Shown: positions 24,434 through 36,027 of the stretch, piece after piece
How positions within the stretch are numbered: the stretch's first letter is position 1
Layout: each line of letters opens with the position of its first letter
Assembly (NCBI GenBank): GCA_964016885.1
Contig: OZ024744.1
Coordinates: 103,974,001 to 104,038,000, forward strand
Reading direction: 5' to 3'
Length of the DNA stretch: 64,000 bases
DNA from: Eledone cirrhosa
Taxonomy: Eukaryota
The notes under the pieces: model-generated
Seen by the model: the letters and a program-made list of their open reading frames with translations, nothing else
What the model was told of the DNA's origin: nothing
Databases searched by the model: none
Program-made: the position numbers and the translations under genes

Positions 24434-26430
24434 TAACTATTAGCTAGAGTCACAATAGTAGCTACAATTAAACTATTAGCTAGTCATAATAATAGCTACA
24501 ATTAAACTATTAGCTAGAGTCACAATAGTAGTTACAATTAAACTATTAGCTAGAGTCACAATAGTAGCTACAATTAAACTATTAGCTAGAGTCACAATAG
24601 TAGCTACAATTAAACTATTAGCTAGAGTCATAATAATAGCTACAATTAAACTATTAGCTAGAGTCACAATAATAGCTACAATTAAACTATTAGCTAGAGT
24701 CACAATAGTAGCTACAATTAAACTATTAGCTAGAGTCACAATAGTAGCTACAATTAAACTATTAGCTAGAGTCACAATAGTAGTTACAATTAAACTATTA
24801 GCTAGAGTCACAATAGTAGCTACAATTAAACTATTAGCTAGAGTCACAATAGTAGCTACAATTAAACTATTAGCTAGAGTCACAATAGTAGCTACAATTA
24901 AACTATTAGCTAGAGTCATAATAGTAGCTACAATTAAACTATTAGCTAGAGTCACAATAGTAGTTACAATTAAACTATTAGCTAGAGTCACAATAGTAGC
25001 TACAATTAAACTATTAGCTAGAGTCACAATAGTAGCTACAATTAAACTATTAGCTAGAGTCACAATAGTAGCTACAATTAAACTATTAGCTAGAGTCATA
25101 ATAGTAGCTACAATTAAACTATTAGCTAGAGTCACAATAGTAGTTACAATTAAACTATTAGCTAGAGTCACAATAGTAGCTACAATTAAACTATTAGCTA
25201 GAGTCACAATAGTAGCTACAATTAAACTATTAGCTAGAGTCATAATAATAGCTACAATTAAACTATTAGCTAGAGTCATAATAATAGCTACAATTAAACT
25301 ATTAGCTAGAGTCACAATAGTAGTTACAATTAAACTATTAGCTAGAGTCATAATAATAGCTACAATTAAACTATTAGCTAGAGTCACAATAGTAGCTACA
25401 ATTAAACTATTAGCTAGAGTCACAATAGTAGCTACAATTAAACTATTAGCTAGAGTCATAATAATAGCTACAATTAAACTATTAGCTAGAGTCACAATAG
25501 TAGCTACAATTAAACTATTAGCTAGAGTCATAATAATAGCTACAATTAAACTATTAGCTAGAGTCATAATAATAGCTACAATTAAACTATTAGCTAGAGT
25601 CACAATAGTAGCTACAATTAAACTATTAGCTAGAGTCACAATAGTAGTTACAATTAAACTATTAGCTAGAGTCACAATAGTAGCTACAATTAAACTATTA
25701 GCTAGAGTCACAATAGTAGCTACAATTAAACTATTAGCTAGAGTCATAATAATAGCTACAATTAAACTATTAGCTAGAGTCACAATAGTAGCTACAATTA
25801 AACTATTAGCTAGAGTCATAATAATAGCTACAATTAAACTATTAGCTAGAGTCACAATAGTAGCTACAATTAAACTATTAGCTAGAGTCATAATAATAGC
25901 TACAATTAAACTATTAGCTAGAGTCACAATAGTAGTTACAATTAAACTATTAGCTAGAGTCATAATAATAGCTACAATTAAACTATTAGCTAGAGTCACA
26001 ATAGTAGCTACAATTAAACTATTAGCTAGAGTCACAATAGTAGCTACAATTAAACTATTAGCTAGAGTCACAATAGTAGCTACAATTAAACTATTAGCTA
26101 GAGTCACAATAGTAGCTACAATTAAACTATTAGCTAGAGTCACAATAGTAGCTACAATTAAACTATTAGCTAGAGTCACAATAGTAGCTACAATTAAACT
26201 ATTAGCTAGAGTCACAATAGTAGCTACAATTAAACTATTAGCTAGAATCACAATAGTAGTTACAATTAAACTATTAGCTAGAGTCATAATAATAGCTACA
26301 ATTAAACTATTAGCTAGAGTCACAATAGTAGCTACAATTAAACTATTAGCTAGAATCACAATAGTTGCTACAATTAAACTATTAGCTAGAGTCACAATAG
26401 TAGCTACAATCTATTATCTAGAGTCACAAT
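24434..26430. repeat. 36-bp minisatellite, ~55 copies (intron 1)
   Basis: Unit attagctagagtcacaatagtagctacaattaaact. Confidence 0.97.
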
Positions 26431-26626
26431 GTGTAAGGTTACAAAAAAATATTGTTTTCCATTATAAATATTGTTCATTTGAAAGGAATTTGATCCGTAA
26501 ATGATTCTATGAAAAGCTAAAAGTTTAGATTTCTCTTGAGGTATATTTCTGTGTTAATTTAAATTACAATCCAAATCACATAATTTCTTCTTATGCAATT
26601 AATGCTGTAAACATGTCAATTTTCAG

Positions 26627-26764
26627 ATTGAAAGTAAATTATCTATTGAAGTCTTAAAAGAACTTGGGAAAAGTTTTCGACTGTCTAAGAAAAAATCTTA
26701 TTTGGAAATAAATTTAGAAGATTTTAAAAGTGTACTGAAAAGACTTCTTGGAAATGAAGTAACG
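26627..26764 (+). CDS. Coding exon 2 (EF-hand-like 1): IESKLSIEVLKELGKSFRLSKKKSYLEINLEDFKSVLKRLLGNEVT
   Basis: ttttcag| acceptor, |gtatgt donor, 138 nt, phase 0-0. Helix-loop-helix pattern (LKEL..SF...INLEDFK.VL) as recalled for the N-terminus of this family. Not present in the ORF track. Confidence 0.85.
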
Positions 26765-27299
26765 GTATGTCTCCATTTATTATTTAAAAAAACAACATAC
26801 ATTTATACATAAAATTCTTATAATTTGTATTCTTTTATTATGCCAATCTCTAAATTCCTGGGGTGGTGTTGGCCACCCGCAAAAGTGAGCCCCATGAGTT
26901 GGAATGGCTGATTCAAAGTGCCTCTCTTACCATTCTCTGCGACAACATTTTCTTTATTCTGTCCACTGGGACCATGAGGCAGCATACAGATAAGGCTACC
27001 ACCCCCCAGAGAACATTCCCCCACTCTGTCTGAGCTTGCCATCACTGAGGCAGCAATGATGAGCCTCTCTTCCACCTTACTTATTTCCTTGCTTTAGAAG
27101 AAGGGAATTTAAGTCCCGAAACATTAGGACAACAGCAACAAAAAAATGAAACAAAGATTACCAGGTAACTAACTTTCTCGTTACTTTTATCTTACAGTCC
27201 ATTACACATTATATACAATGCTTCAAGCAAACTACATTTTATTATTTTGATTAGTATATATATATATATAGCAGGGAATTTAGATCTATTTAATCCCAT

Positions 27300-27648
27300 G
27301 GAGGCACATGGCTTAGTGGTTAGGGTATTGGCCTTGCAATCGAAAGGTTGCGAGTTCAATTCTCAGACCGGGTGATGTGTTGTTTCCTTGAGCAAGGCAC
27401 TTTATTTCACATTGCTCCAGTTTACTCATCTGTAGAAATGAGATGATAGAGACTCGGGTCCCTATCATTCCACTGCAAAGTGGTCGTGGAGGTGCCACGG
27501 CAAAAAAGCACCCAGCACTCACTGTAAATGAGGTTGGTGTTAGGAAGGGCAACCAGCTGTAGAAATCAAGCCAGCATCAGTTCCCGTCCCACTCTTGCAA
27601 GCAGGGAAAAGTGGGCATAAAATGAAATAATGAAAATGATGATGATGA
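27300..27648 (+). mobile_element. tRNA-derived SINE family B, near full length, with (GAT)n tail
   Basis: A-box tggcttagtgg, B-box gagttcaattc, CORE-like ccttgagcaaggcacttta, 3' ttaggaagggcaaccagctgtagaaa, tail aatgatgatgatg. Confidence 0.85.
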
Positions 27649-27869
27649 ATGCCAGATGCACAAAAACTAATGCAATTTTCTGATCTTGCTTCCTACATTA
27701 CTGCTCAACAGAAACTATGCCATGTGGGTGGATAATTTGCTTTCGATCACATCATAGTGATTTGTTCATAGGAAAGCAGCATCTTTATAGAACAAAGAAG
27801 TGGATAACAATCAAAGAAATTTAAGAATTCCAACAGTTAAATTAAGAAAGTGTTGGGAATATTTATAAA

Positions 27870-28062
27870 GGCGGTGGATTGGCAGTATCGGTAGAGGGTT
27901 GGACACCATGCTTTGCAGCAAAGAGTTATATGGCCCTTGCCATTCTGAGTTCAAATCCCGCCGAGGTTAACTTTGCCTTTCATCCTTACGGGGTCGATAA
28001 AATAAAGTACCAGTAATGTACTGGGGTACATTGCTGGCCTTGTGCCAAAAGTAGAAACAATT
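27870..28062 (+). mobile_element. SINE family A
   Basis: Full-length match to the family consensus seen in this window. Confidence 0.9.
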
Positions 28063-28606
28063 ATATAGTTATAAATTACCTTCTCCCTCTTCCACTGTCT
28101 TATCTCTAAACAATATTTTGTCCTTAATCCTTTACCATTTACATTACTCTATATTTACTATCATATTTTTGCAGTAAAGGCTTTATCTTACATAGTATTG
28201 AATCTATGAGATTTTGATATTATTGATAGTATGTATTTTGAGGACAATAGCTTAACATCAGTATGGGTGGCCAGTTACAGCAAGTTTGAACAGAAAGAGG
28301 TGTGAGAATTGTAGCCGGATACGTCCAGTTTAAATGCTAAAAGGTTAATAGCTGTTCCACAACCAATGCAATTTTTTTACTAGGATTGGGAGGACTCTTC
28401 AGTTGTGTCAAAGACACAATAACCTCCTTAGTGTTGGTGCTATTATAAAATATACTCAGTTCACCTTGTTGAATGTGTGAACAAACAATCAAGATGTGGC
28501 CACAGGCCTGTTTGTGAGGTCAGTAGCTTTGATTAAGTACTGACTCCAATATTAGCAGGGAAAAACGTACATTAAATGATGATGTTGAAGACAATGATTT
28601 TGATAA

Positions 28607-28800
28607 CTGTTTCTACTTTTGGCACAAGGCCAGCAACTACCCAGTGAATTACTGGTACTTTATTTTATCGACCCCCATAAGGATGAAAGGCAAACAAAGT
28701 TAACCTCGGCGGGATTTGAACTCAGAATGGCAAGGGCCGTAACTCTATGCTTGCTGGAAAGCATGGCGTCCGACCCTCTACCGATACTGCCAATCCACCA
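28607..28800 (-). mobile_element. SINE family A (inverted relative to 27870)
   Basis: Reverse complement of 27870-28062. Confidence 0.9.
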
Positions 28801-29274
28801 ATGATTATGATAATGGTGGACCTTGTGCCTAGGCTAGAAATTATTACTCTCCCCCTCATTTCTTCTCTTTCTTTTCCACTTTTCTCCCCTCTACTCACTG
28901 CCCTGGACTCCTATCTAATGAGGCCAGGGGTCCTTGAGAAGTTCTGACATGGACAGTCAGCTGAAAGTGTTTTACTCTGTACAATGTCTACTTAGCCACA
29001 CTACTTCTTCACCACACTGTCATCCTAGGTGTACGTGTACATTTATATTGCTGATCTGATCTGATCTAAAAACTAAAATATTCAATAAAGCTGCTTTTAT
29101 GATTCTATTTAAAAATCTAATACAAAACAAGTAAGTAAACTAAAACAATAGAATGACAAATAAAATACTTTTCTGAGATGTTTTTTCATATCATCCCCTA
29201 GTTTCCTCCATTGTTGCATTCAACAGTAAAACAGTGAATTAATAGTTTAATATTTTTTTTCTCCTTTGATGAAG

Positions 29275-29493
29275 GAAGTTGAGATTGATTCTCTATTCAT
29301 GAAGATAGACTTCAATGCTGTGGGCGCCATCACACTGAATCAGTTTTGTACATATGTGCATCTCATCTACCAAGATTTTTTCCCAAAAACTATTACCTTT
29401 TTGTTGCCAGCCAGAGCGGAAACTTTACCCCACCGAGAACCAGTTTGTCGTTTATGTGAAAATCATAATGGCACTCTTATTACATGCAGTGAG
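29275..29493 (+). CDS. Coding exon 3 (EF-hand-like 2 and start of WD40): EVEIDSLFMKIDFNAVGAITLNQFCTYVHL...LPHREPVCRL...LITCSE
   Basis: Polypyrimidine tract then aag| acceptor, |gtctgt donor, 219 nt, phase 0-0. The LFMKID...I..FCTY and PHREP motifs are typical of WDR49/EFCAB8/WDY-like proteins. Confidence 0.9.
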
Positions 29494-29535
29494 GTCTGTA
29501 TAAAACATCTTGTATTCATATTAACCTTGTTGTCA

Positions 29536-29910
29536 TACATGTTTTTACATGATTTTACATGATTTTTACATGATTTTACATGATTTTTACATGATTTTTA
29601 CATGATTTTTACATGATTTTTACATGATTTTTACATGATTTTTACATGATTTTTACATGATTTTTACATGATTTTTACATGATTTTTACATGATTTTTAC
29701 ATGATTTTTACATGATTTTTACATGATTTTTACATGATTTTTACATGGTTTTTACATGGTTTTTACATGGTTTTTACATGGTTTTTACATGATTTTTACA
29801 TGATTTTTACATGATTTTTACATGATTTTTACATGATTTTTACATGATTTTTACATGATTTTTACATGATTTTTACATGATTTTTACATGGTTTTTACAT
29901 GATTTTACAT
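29536..29910. repeat. 11-bp repeat (catgattttta)n, ~33 copies
   Basis: Starts ~40 bp after the exon 3 donor. Confidence 0.97.
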
Positions 29911-29999
29911 GCAAAGGTTTATTGAAGAGGCATCAGTCCGACATTTGTTTTCGTATAACTTCAGTCTACGGAAAAAAAAATGGTCCATCGCCGGCGGTC

Positions 30000-30432
30000 G
30001 TCCCCGTCATTGTCGTCATTGCTGTTGTTGTCGTCGTCGTCGTCATAGTCGTCACCGTCATCATCGTCGTCATTGCCGTCATTGCCGTCATCGCCATCAT
30101 CATCGTCACCGTCATTGCCGTCGTCGTCGTCGTCATCATCGTCGCCAGCGTCATCATCGCACTCATCGTCGTCGCCGTCATTGCCGTCATTACCGTCATT
30201 ACCGTCGTCGTCATCATTGCCGTCGCCGTCGTCATCATCATCATCATCATCGTTGTTGTCATCTCCGTCGTTGCCATCTCCGTCGTTGCCGTCACCTCCT
30301 ATCGTCCATCTTCCACGCTGGCATGGGTCTGGATGGGAATTTTCCCACTTGAGGCAAGAGTGGTTGTCTTACTCGCATAGGACTGTCTGGCGGGTTTTCT
30401 ACGGCTGGATGCCCTTCCTAACACCAACTACG
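30000..30432 (-). mobile_element. 3' end of a family B SINE with an expanded (RTC/GCC)n trinucleotide tail
   Basis: tttctacggctggatgcccttcctaacaccaac is the reverse complement of the SINE B 3' region. The trinucleotide tract lies where the (GAT)n tail is expected. Confidence 0.7.
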
Positions 30433-33370
30433 TTGACAGTGTGGACTGGGAGGGTCTTTACCTTGTCACCTACACAGCCACATTGACAGTGTGGACTGGG
30501 AGGGTCTTTACCGTGTCACCTACACAGCCACATTGACAGTGTGGACTGGGAGGGTCTTTACCTTGTCACCTACACAGCCACATTGACAGTGTGGACTGGG
30601 AGGGTCTTTACCTTGTCACCTACACGGCCACATTGACAGTGTGGACTGGGAGGGTCTTTACCTTGTCACCTACACAGCCACATTGACAGTGTGGACTGGG
30701 AGGGTCTTTACCGTGTCACCTACACGGCCACGTTGACAGTGTGGACTGGGAGGGTCTTTACCGTGTCACCTACACAGCCACATTGACAGTGTGGACTGGG
30801 AGGGTCTTTACCGTGTCACCTAGATGGCCACATTGACAGTGTGGACTGGGAGGGTCTTTACCGTGTCACCTACACAGCCACATTGACAGTGTGGACTGGG
30901 AGGGTCTTTACCGTGTCACCTACACAGCCACATTGACAGTGTGGACTGGGAGGGTCTTTACCGTGTCACCTACACGGCCACGTTGACAGTGTGGACTGGG
31001 AGGGTCTTTACCGTGTCACCTAGATGGCCACATTGACAGTGTGGACTGGGAGGGTCTTTACCGTGTCACCTACACAGCCACATTGACAGGTGTGGACTGG
31101 GAGGGTCTTTACCGTGTCACCTACACGGCCACGTTGACAGTGTGGACTGGGAGGGTCTTTACCGTGTCACCTAGATGGCCACATTGACAGTGTGGACTGG
31201 GAGGGTCTTTACCGTGTCACCTACACAGCCACGTTGACAGTGTGGACTGGGAGGGTCTTTACCGTGTCACCTACACAGCCACGTTGACAGTGTGGACTGG
31301 GAGGGTCTTTACCGTGTCACCTACACAGCCACATTGACAGTGTGGACTGGGAGGGTCTTTACCGTGTCACCTACACAGCCACATTGACAGTGTGGACTGG
31401 GAGGGTCTTTACCGTGTCACCTACACAGCCACGTTGACAGTGTGGACTGGGAGGGTCTTTACCGTGTCACCTACACAGCCACGTTGACAGTGTGGACTGG
31501 GAGGGTCTTTACCGTGTCACCTACACAGCCACGTTGACAGTGTGGACTGGGAGGGTCTTTACCGTGTCACCTACACAGCCACATTGACAGTGTGGACTGG
31601 GAGGTCTTTACCATGTCACCTACACAGCCACATTGACAGTGTGGACTGGGAGGGTCTTTACCATGTCACCTACACGGCCACATTGACAGTGTGGACTGGG
31701 AGGGTCTTTACCGTGTCACCTACACAGCCACATTGACAGTGTGGACTGGGAGGTCTTTACCGTGTCACCTACACAGCCACATTGACAGTGTGGACTGGGA
31801 GGGTCTTTGCAGTGTCACCTACACGGCCACATTGACAGTGTGGACTGGGAGGGTCTTTACCTTGTCACCTACACAGCCACATTGACAGTGTGGACTGGGA
31901 GGGTCTTTACCGTGTCACCTACACAGCCACATTGACAGTGTGGACTGGGAGGGTCTTTGCAGTGTCACCTACACGGCCACATTGACAGTGTGGACTGGGA
32001 GGGTCTTTACCGTGTCACCTACACAGCCACATTTACAGTGTGGACTGGGAGGTCTTTACCGTGTCACCTACACAGCCACATTGACAGTGTGGACTGGGAG
32101 GGTCTTTACCGTGTCACCTACACAGCCACGTTGACAGTGTGGACTGGGAGGTCTTTACCATGTCACCTACACAGCCACATTGACAGTGTGGACTGGGAGG
32201 TCTTTACCGTGTCACCTACACAGCCACATTGACAGTGTGGACTGGGAGGTCTTTACCGTGTCACCTACACAGCCACATTGACAGTGTGGACTGGGAGGGT
32301 CTTTGCAGTGTCACCTACACGGCCACATTGACAGTGTGGACTGGGAGGGTCTTTACCTTGTCACCTACACAGCCACATTGACAGTGTGGACTGGGAGGGT
32401 CTTTACCGTGTCACCTACACAGCCACATTGACAGTGTGGACTGGGAGGGTCTTTGCAGTGTCACCTACACGGCCACATTGACAGTGTGGACTGGGAGGGT
32501 CTTTACCGTGTCACCTACACAGCCACATTTACAGTGTGGACTGGGAGGTCTTTACCGTGTCACCTACACAGCCACATTGACAGTGTGGACTGGGAGGGTC
32601 TTTACCGTGTCACCTACACAGCCACGTTGACAGTGTGGACTGGGAGGTCTTTACCATGTCACCTACACAGCCACATTGACAGTGTGGACTGGGAGGTCTT
32701 TACCGTGTCACCTACACAGCCACATTGACAGTGTGGACTGGGAGGTCTTTACTGTGTCACCTACACAGCCACATTGACAGTGTGGACTGGGAGGTCTTTA
32801 CTGTGTCACCTACACAGCCACATTGACAGTGTGGACTGGGAGGTCTTTACCATGTCACCTACACAGCCACATTGACAGTGTGGACTGGGAGGTCTTTACC
32901 GTGTCACCTACATGGCCACATTGACAGTGTGGACTGGGAGGTCTTTACCGTGTCACCTACACAGCCACATTGACAGTGTGGACTGGGAGGTCTTTACCGT
33001 GTCACCTACATGGGCCACATTGACAGTGTGGACTGGGAGGGTCTTTACCTTGTCTCCTACACGGCCACATTGACAGTGTGGACTGGGAGGGTCCTTACCG
33101 TGTCACCTACACAACCACATTGACAGTGTGGACTGGGAGGGTCTTTACCGTGTCACCTACACGGCCACATTGACAGTGTGGACTGGGAGGGTCTTTACCG
33201 TGTCACCTACACAGCCACATTGACAGTGTGGACTGGGAGGATTTTACCATGTCACCTACACGACCACATTGACAGTGTGGACTGGGAGGATTTTACCATG
33301 TCACCTACACAGCCACTTTGACAGTGTGGTCTTTACCGTGTCCCATACACGGCCACATTACAGTGAGGAC
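30430..33370. repeat. 49-50-bp minisatellite, ~58 copies, SINE-derived
   Basis: Unit cattgacagtgtggactgggagggtctttaccgtgtcacctacacagcca. Confidence 0.97.
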
Positions 33371-33735
33371 TGGGTGTTTTTTGTTGTTGTCGTGACCCCT
33401 ACACAACCTCATTTATTGAGGACTAGATGTTGTGGTACCAACATAACTTTACATTGAAGGGTGGGGTGTTGGTGAGAGTGGGAGAATGGTGTAGGGGGTA
33501 GTGGGCTGGGGTGTATGTTTGGTTTGGCGGGGGGGGGGGTCTACTGGCTGTAGGTTAACTTTGTATGTAGGGAAGGCGGGTCTCCTGTAGTACTGCGTGG
33601 CACCAAAGGTCTCAACAATCCAGATAAGAATAATAGTTTTTCTCACCCTCAGTAAGTTCCGTGACAATGCTTCAGGCCAGGGGTCCCCACAGCCTCTTTT
33701 TTTGTCATCACTTACTTTCACATGGAACTATTTTC

Positions 33736-35460
33736 TACTGCCCACCTCTATAGTCCACTGCCCACCTGTATAGTCCACTGCCCACCTGTGTAGTCCACTG
33801 CCCACCTGTATAGTCCACTGCCCACCTGTATAGTCCACTGCCCAACTGTGTGGTCCACTGCCCACCTGTGTAGCCCACTATCCACCTGTATAGCTCACTG
33901 CCCACCTGTGTAGCCCACTGCCCACCTGTATAGTCCACTGCCCACCTGTATAGCCCACTTCCCACCTGTGTAGTCCACTGCCCACCTGTGTAGTCCACTG
34001 CCCACATGTGTAGCCCACTATCCATCTGTATAGCCCACTGCCCACCTGTATAGTCCACTGCCCACCTGAATAGTCCACTGCCCACCTGTGTAGTCCACTG
34101 CCCACCTATATAGTCCACTGCCCACCTGTGTAGTCCACTGCCCACCTGTGTAGCCCACTGCCCACCAGTGTAGTCCACTACCCACCTGTGTAGCCCACTG
34201 CCCACCTGTGTAGTCCACTGCCCACCTATATAGTCCACTGCCCACCTGTGTAGTCCACTGCCCACCTGTATAGTCCACTGCCCACCTGTATAGTCCACTG
34301 CCCACCTGTATAGTCCACTACCCACCTGTGTAGTCCACTGCCCACCTGTGTAGCCCACTATCCACCTGTGTAGTCCACTCCCCACCTGTATAGTCCACTG
34401 CCCACCTGTGTAGCCCACTGCCGACTTGTATAGTTCACTGCCCACCTGTGTAGTCCACTGCCCACCAGTGTAGTCCACTACCCACCTGTATAGTCCACTG
34501 CCCACCTGTATAGTCCACTGCCCACCTGTATAGTCCACTGCCCACCTGTGTAGTCCACTGCCCACCTGTATAGTCCACTGCCCACCTGTGTAGTCCACTG
34601 CCCACCTGTGTAGCCCACTGCCCACCAGTGTAGTCCACTACCCACCTGTGTAGCCCACTGCCCACCAGTGTAGTCCACTACCCACCTGTGTAGCCCACTG
34701 CCCACCTGTATAGTCCACTGCCCACCTGTGTAGTCCACTGCCCACCTGTATAGTCCACTGCCCACCTGTGTAGTCCACTGCCCACCTGTGTAGCCCACTG
34801 CCCACCAGTGTAGTCCACTACCCACCTGTGTAGCCCACTGCCCACCAGTGTAGTCCACTACCCACCTGTGTAGCCCACTGCCCACCTGTATAGTTCACTG
34901 CCCACCTGTGTAGCCCACTGCCCACCAGTGTAGTCCACTACCCACCTGTGTAGTCCACAATGCCCACCTGTATAGTCCACTGCCCACCAGTGTAGTCCAC
35001 CATCCACCTGTGTAGTCTACTGCCCACCTATGTAGCCCACTGCCCACCAGTGTAGTCCACCACCCACCTGTGTAGTCCACTGCCCACCTATGTAGCCCAC
35101 TGCCCACCAGTGTAGTCCATTACCCACCTGTGTAGTCTACTGCCCACCTATGTAGCCCACTGCCCACCTGTATAGTCCACTGCCCACCTGTGTAGTCCAC
35201 AATGCCCACCTGTGTAGTCCACAATGCCCACCTGTATAGTCCACTGCCCACCAGTGTAGTCCACTACCCACCTGTGTAGTCCACTGCCCACCAGTGTAGT
35301 CCACTGCCCACCTGTGTAGTCCACTGCCCACCTATGTAGCCCACTGCCCACCAGTGTAGTCCACTACCCACCTGTGTAGCCCACTGCCCACCTATATAGT
35401 CCACTGCCCACCTGTGTAGTCCACTGCCCTCCAGTGTAGTCCACTACCCACCTGTGTAGT
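33736..35460. repeat. 20-bp GC-rich minisatellite, ~86 copies
   Basis: Unit ctgcccacctgtgtagtcca. Confidence 0.97.
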
Positions 35461-35583
35461 AAATATTCAAAGTATACCAAAAATATTTGGTAAGAGTTTG
35501 TTACTGGTTCGTTACACCTACTTAGCCTCTTGTTTTGTTTTGTTTCCTATATCAACATTGTCTTTTTCTCTCCCAGTTAAGGA

Positions 35584-35770
35584 AGGGGAGGTGGTAGGAG
35601 TAGGAGGAAGTGCAGTAATAGGGGAGGTGGTAGGTGTAGGAGGTACATATAGGGGAGGTGGTAGGAGTAGGAGGTACAGTAATAGCGGAAGTGGTAGGAA
35701 TAGTTACGATAATAGGGGAGATGGTAGGAGTAGGTACTGTAATAGGGAGGTGGTAGGAGTAGATGGGATA
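35584..35770. repeat. Degenerate purine-rich ~30-34-bp repeat
   Basis: ggggaggtggtaggagtaggaggtacagtaata-like units, about 6 copies. Confidence 0.7.
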
Positions 35771-36027
35771 TAACTATGGCTACTCGTCAAAAGTAGAAAT
35801 ATGATGAAATCATTTACCTAATTTGTTTAATTGGATCGCTTTTCAAAACACTAAACTATTCTACATCAAATTAATTAGTTAATAACTTTAATTGCTTAAG
35901 ATTTATCGTGATTTTTAGTTTTTACTTAAATTTTATGAAATGGACTATAAAAATTGAACTTTTGATTTGATAAAAATAGAGTGACACTTGAAACTTGATA
36001 TTTAGTTAAAATGACATGAAAAATTAT

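Noticed and set aside
24476-26395. 639-aa ORF (TLANSLIVATIV)n
   Set aside because: Artefact of a 36-bp unit; no unique flanking coding sequence; antisense within an intron.
27300-27375. tRNA gene
   Set aside because: The A/B boxes belong to a SINE head; no full cloverleaf, and it continues into the SINE body.
29877-30486. Poly-Val, His/Arg, Ser and Thr/Met ORFs
   Set aside because: Trinucleotide low-complexity tract, probably an expanded SINE tail.
33735-35351. Gly/Trp-rich repeat ORFs
   Set aside because: Translation of a 20-bp minisatellite cycling through all three frames.
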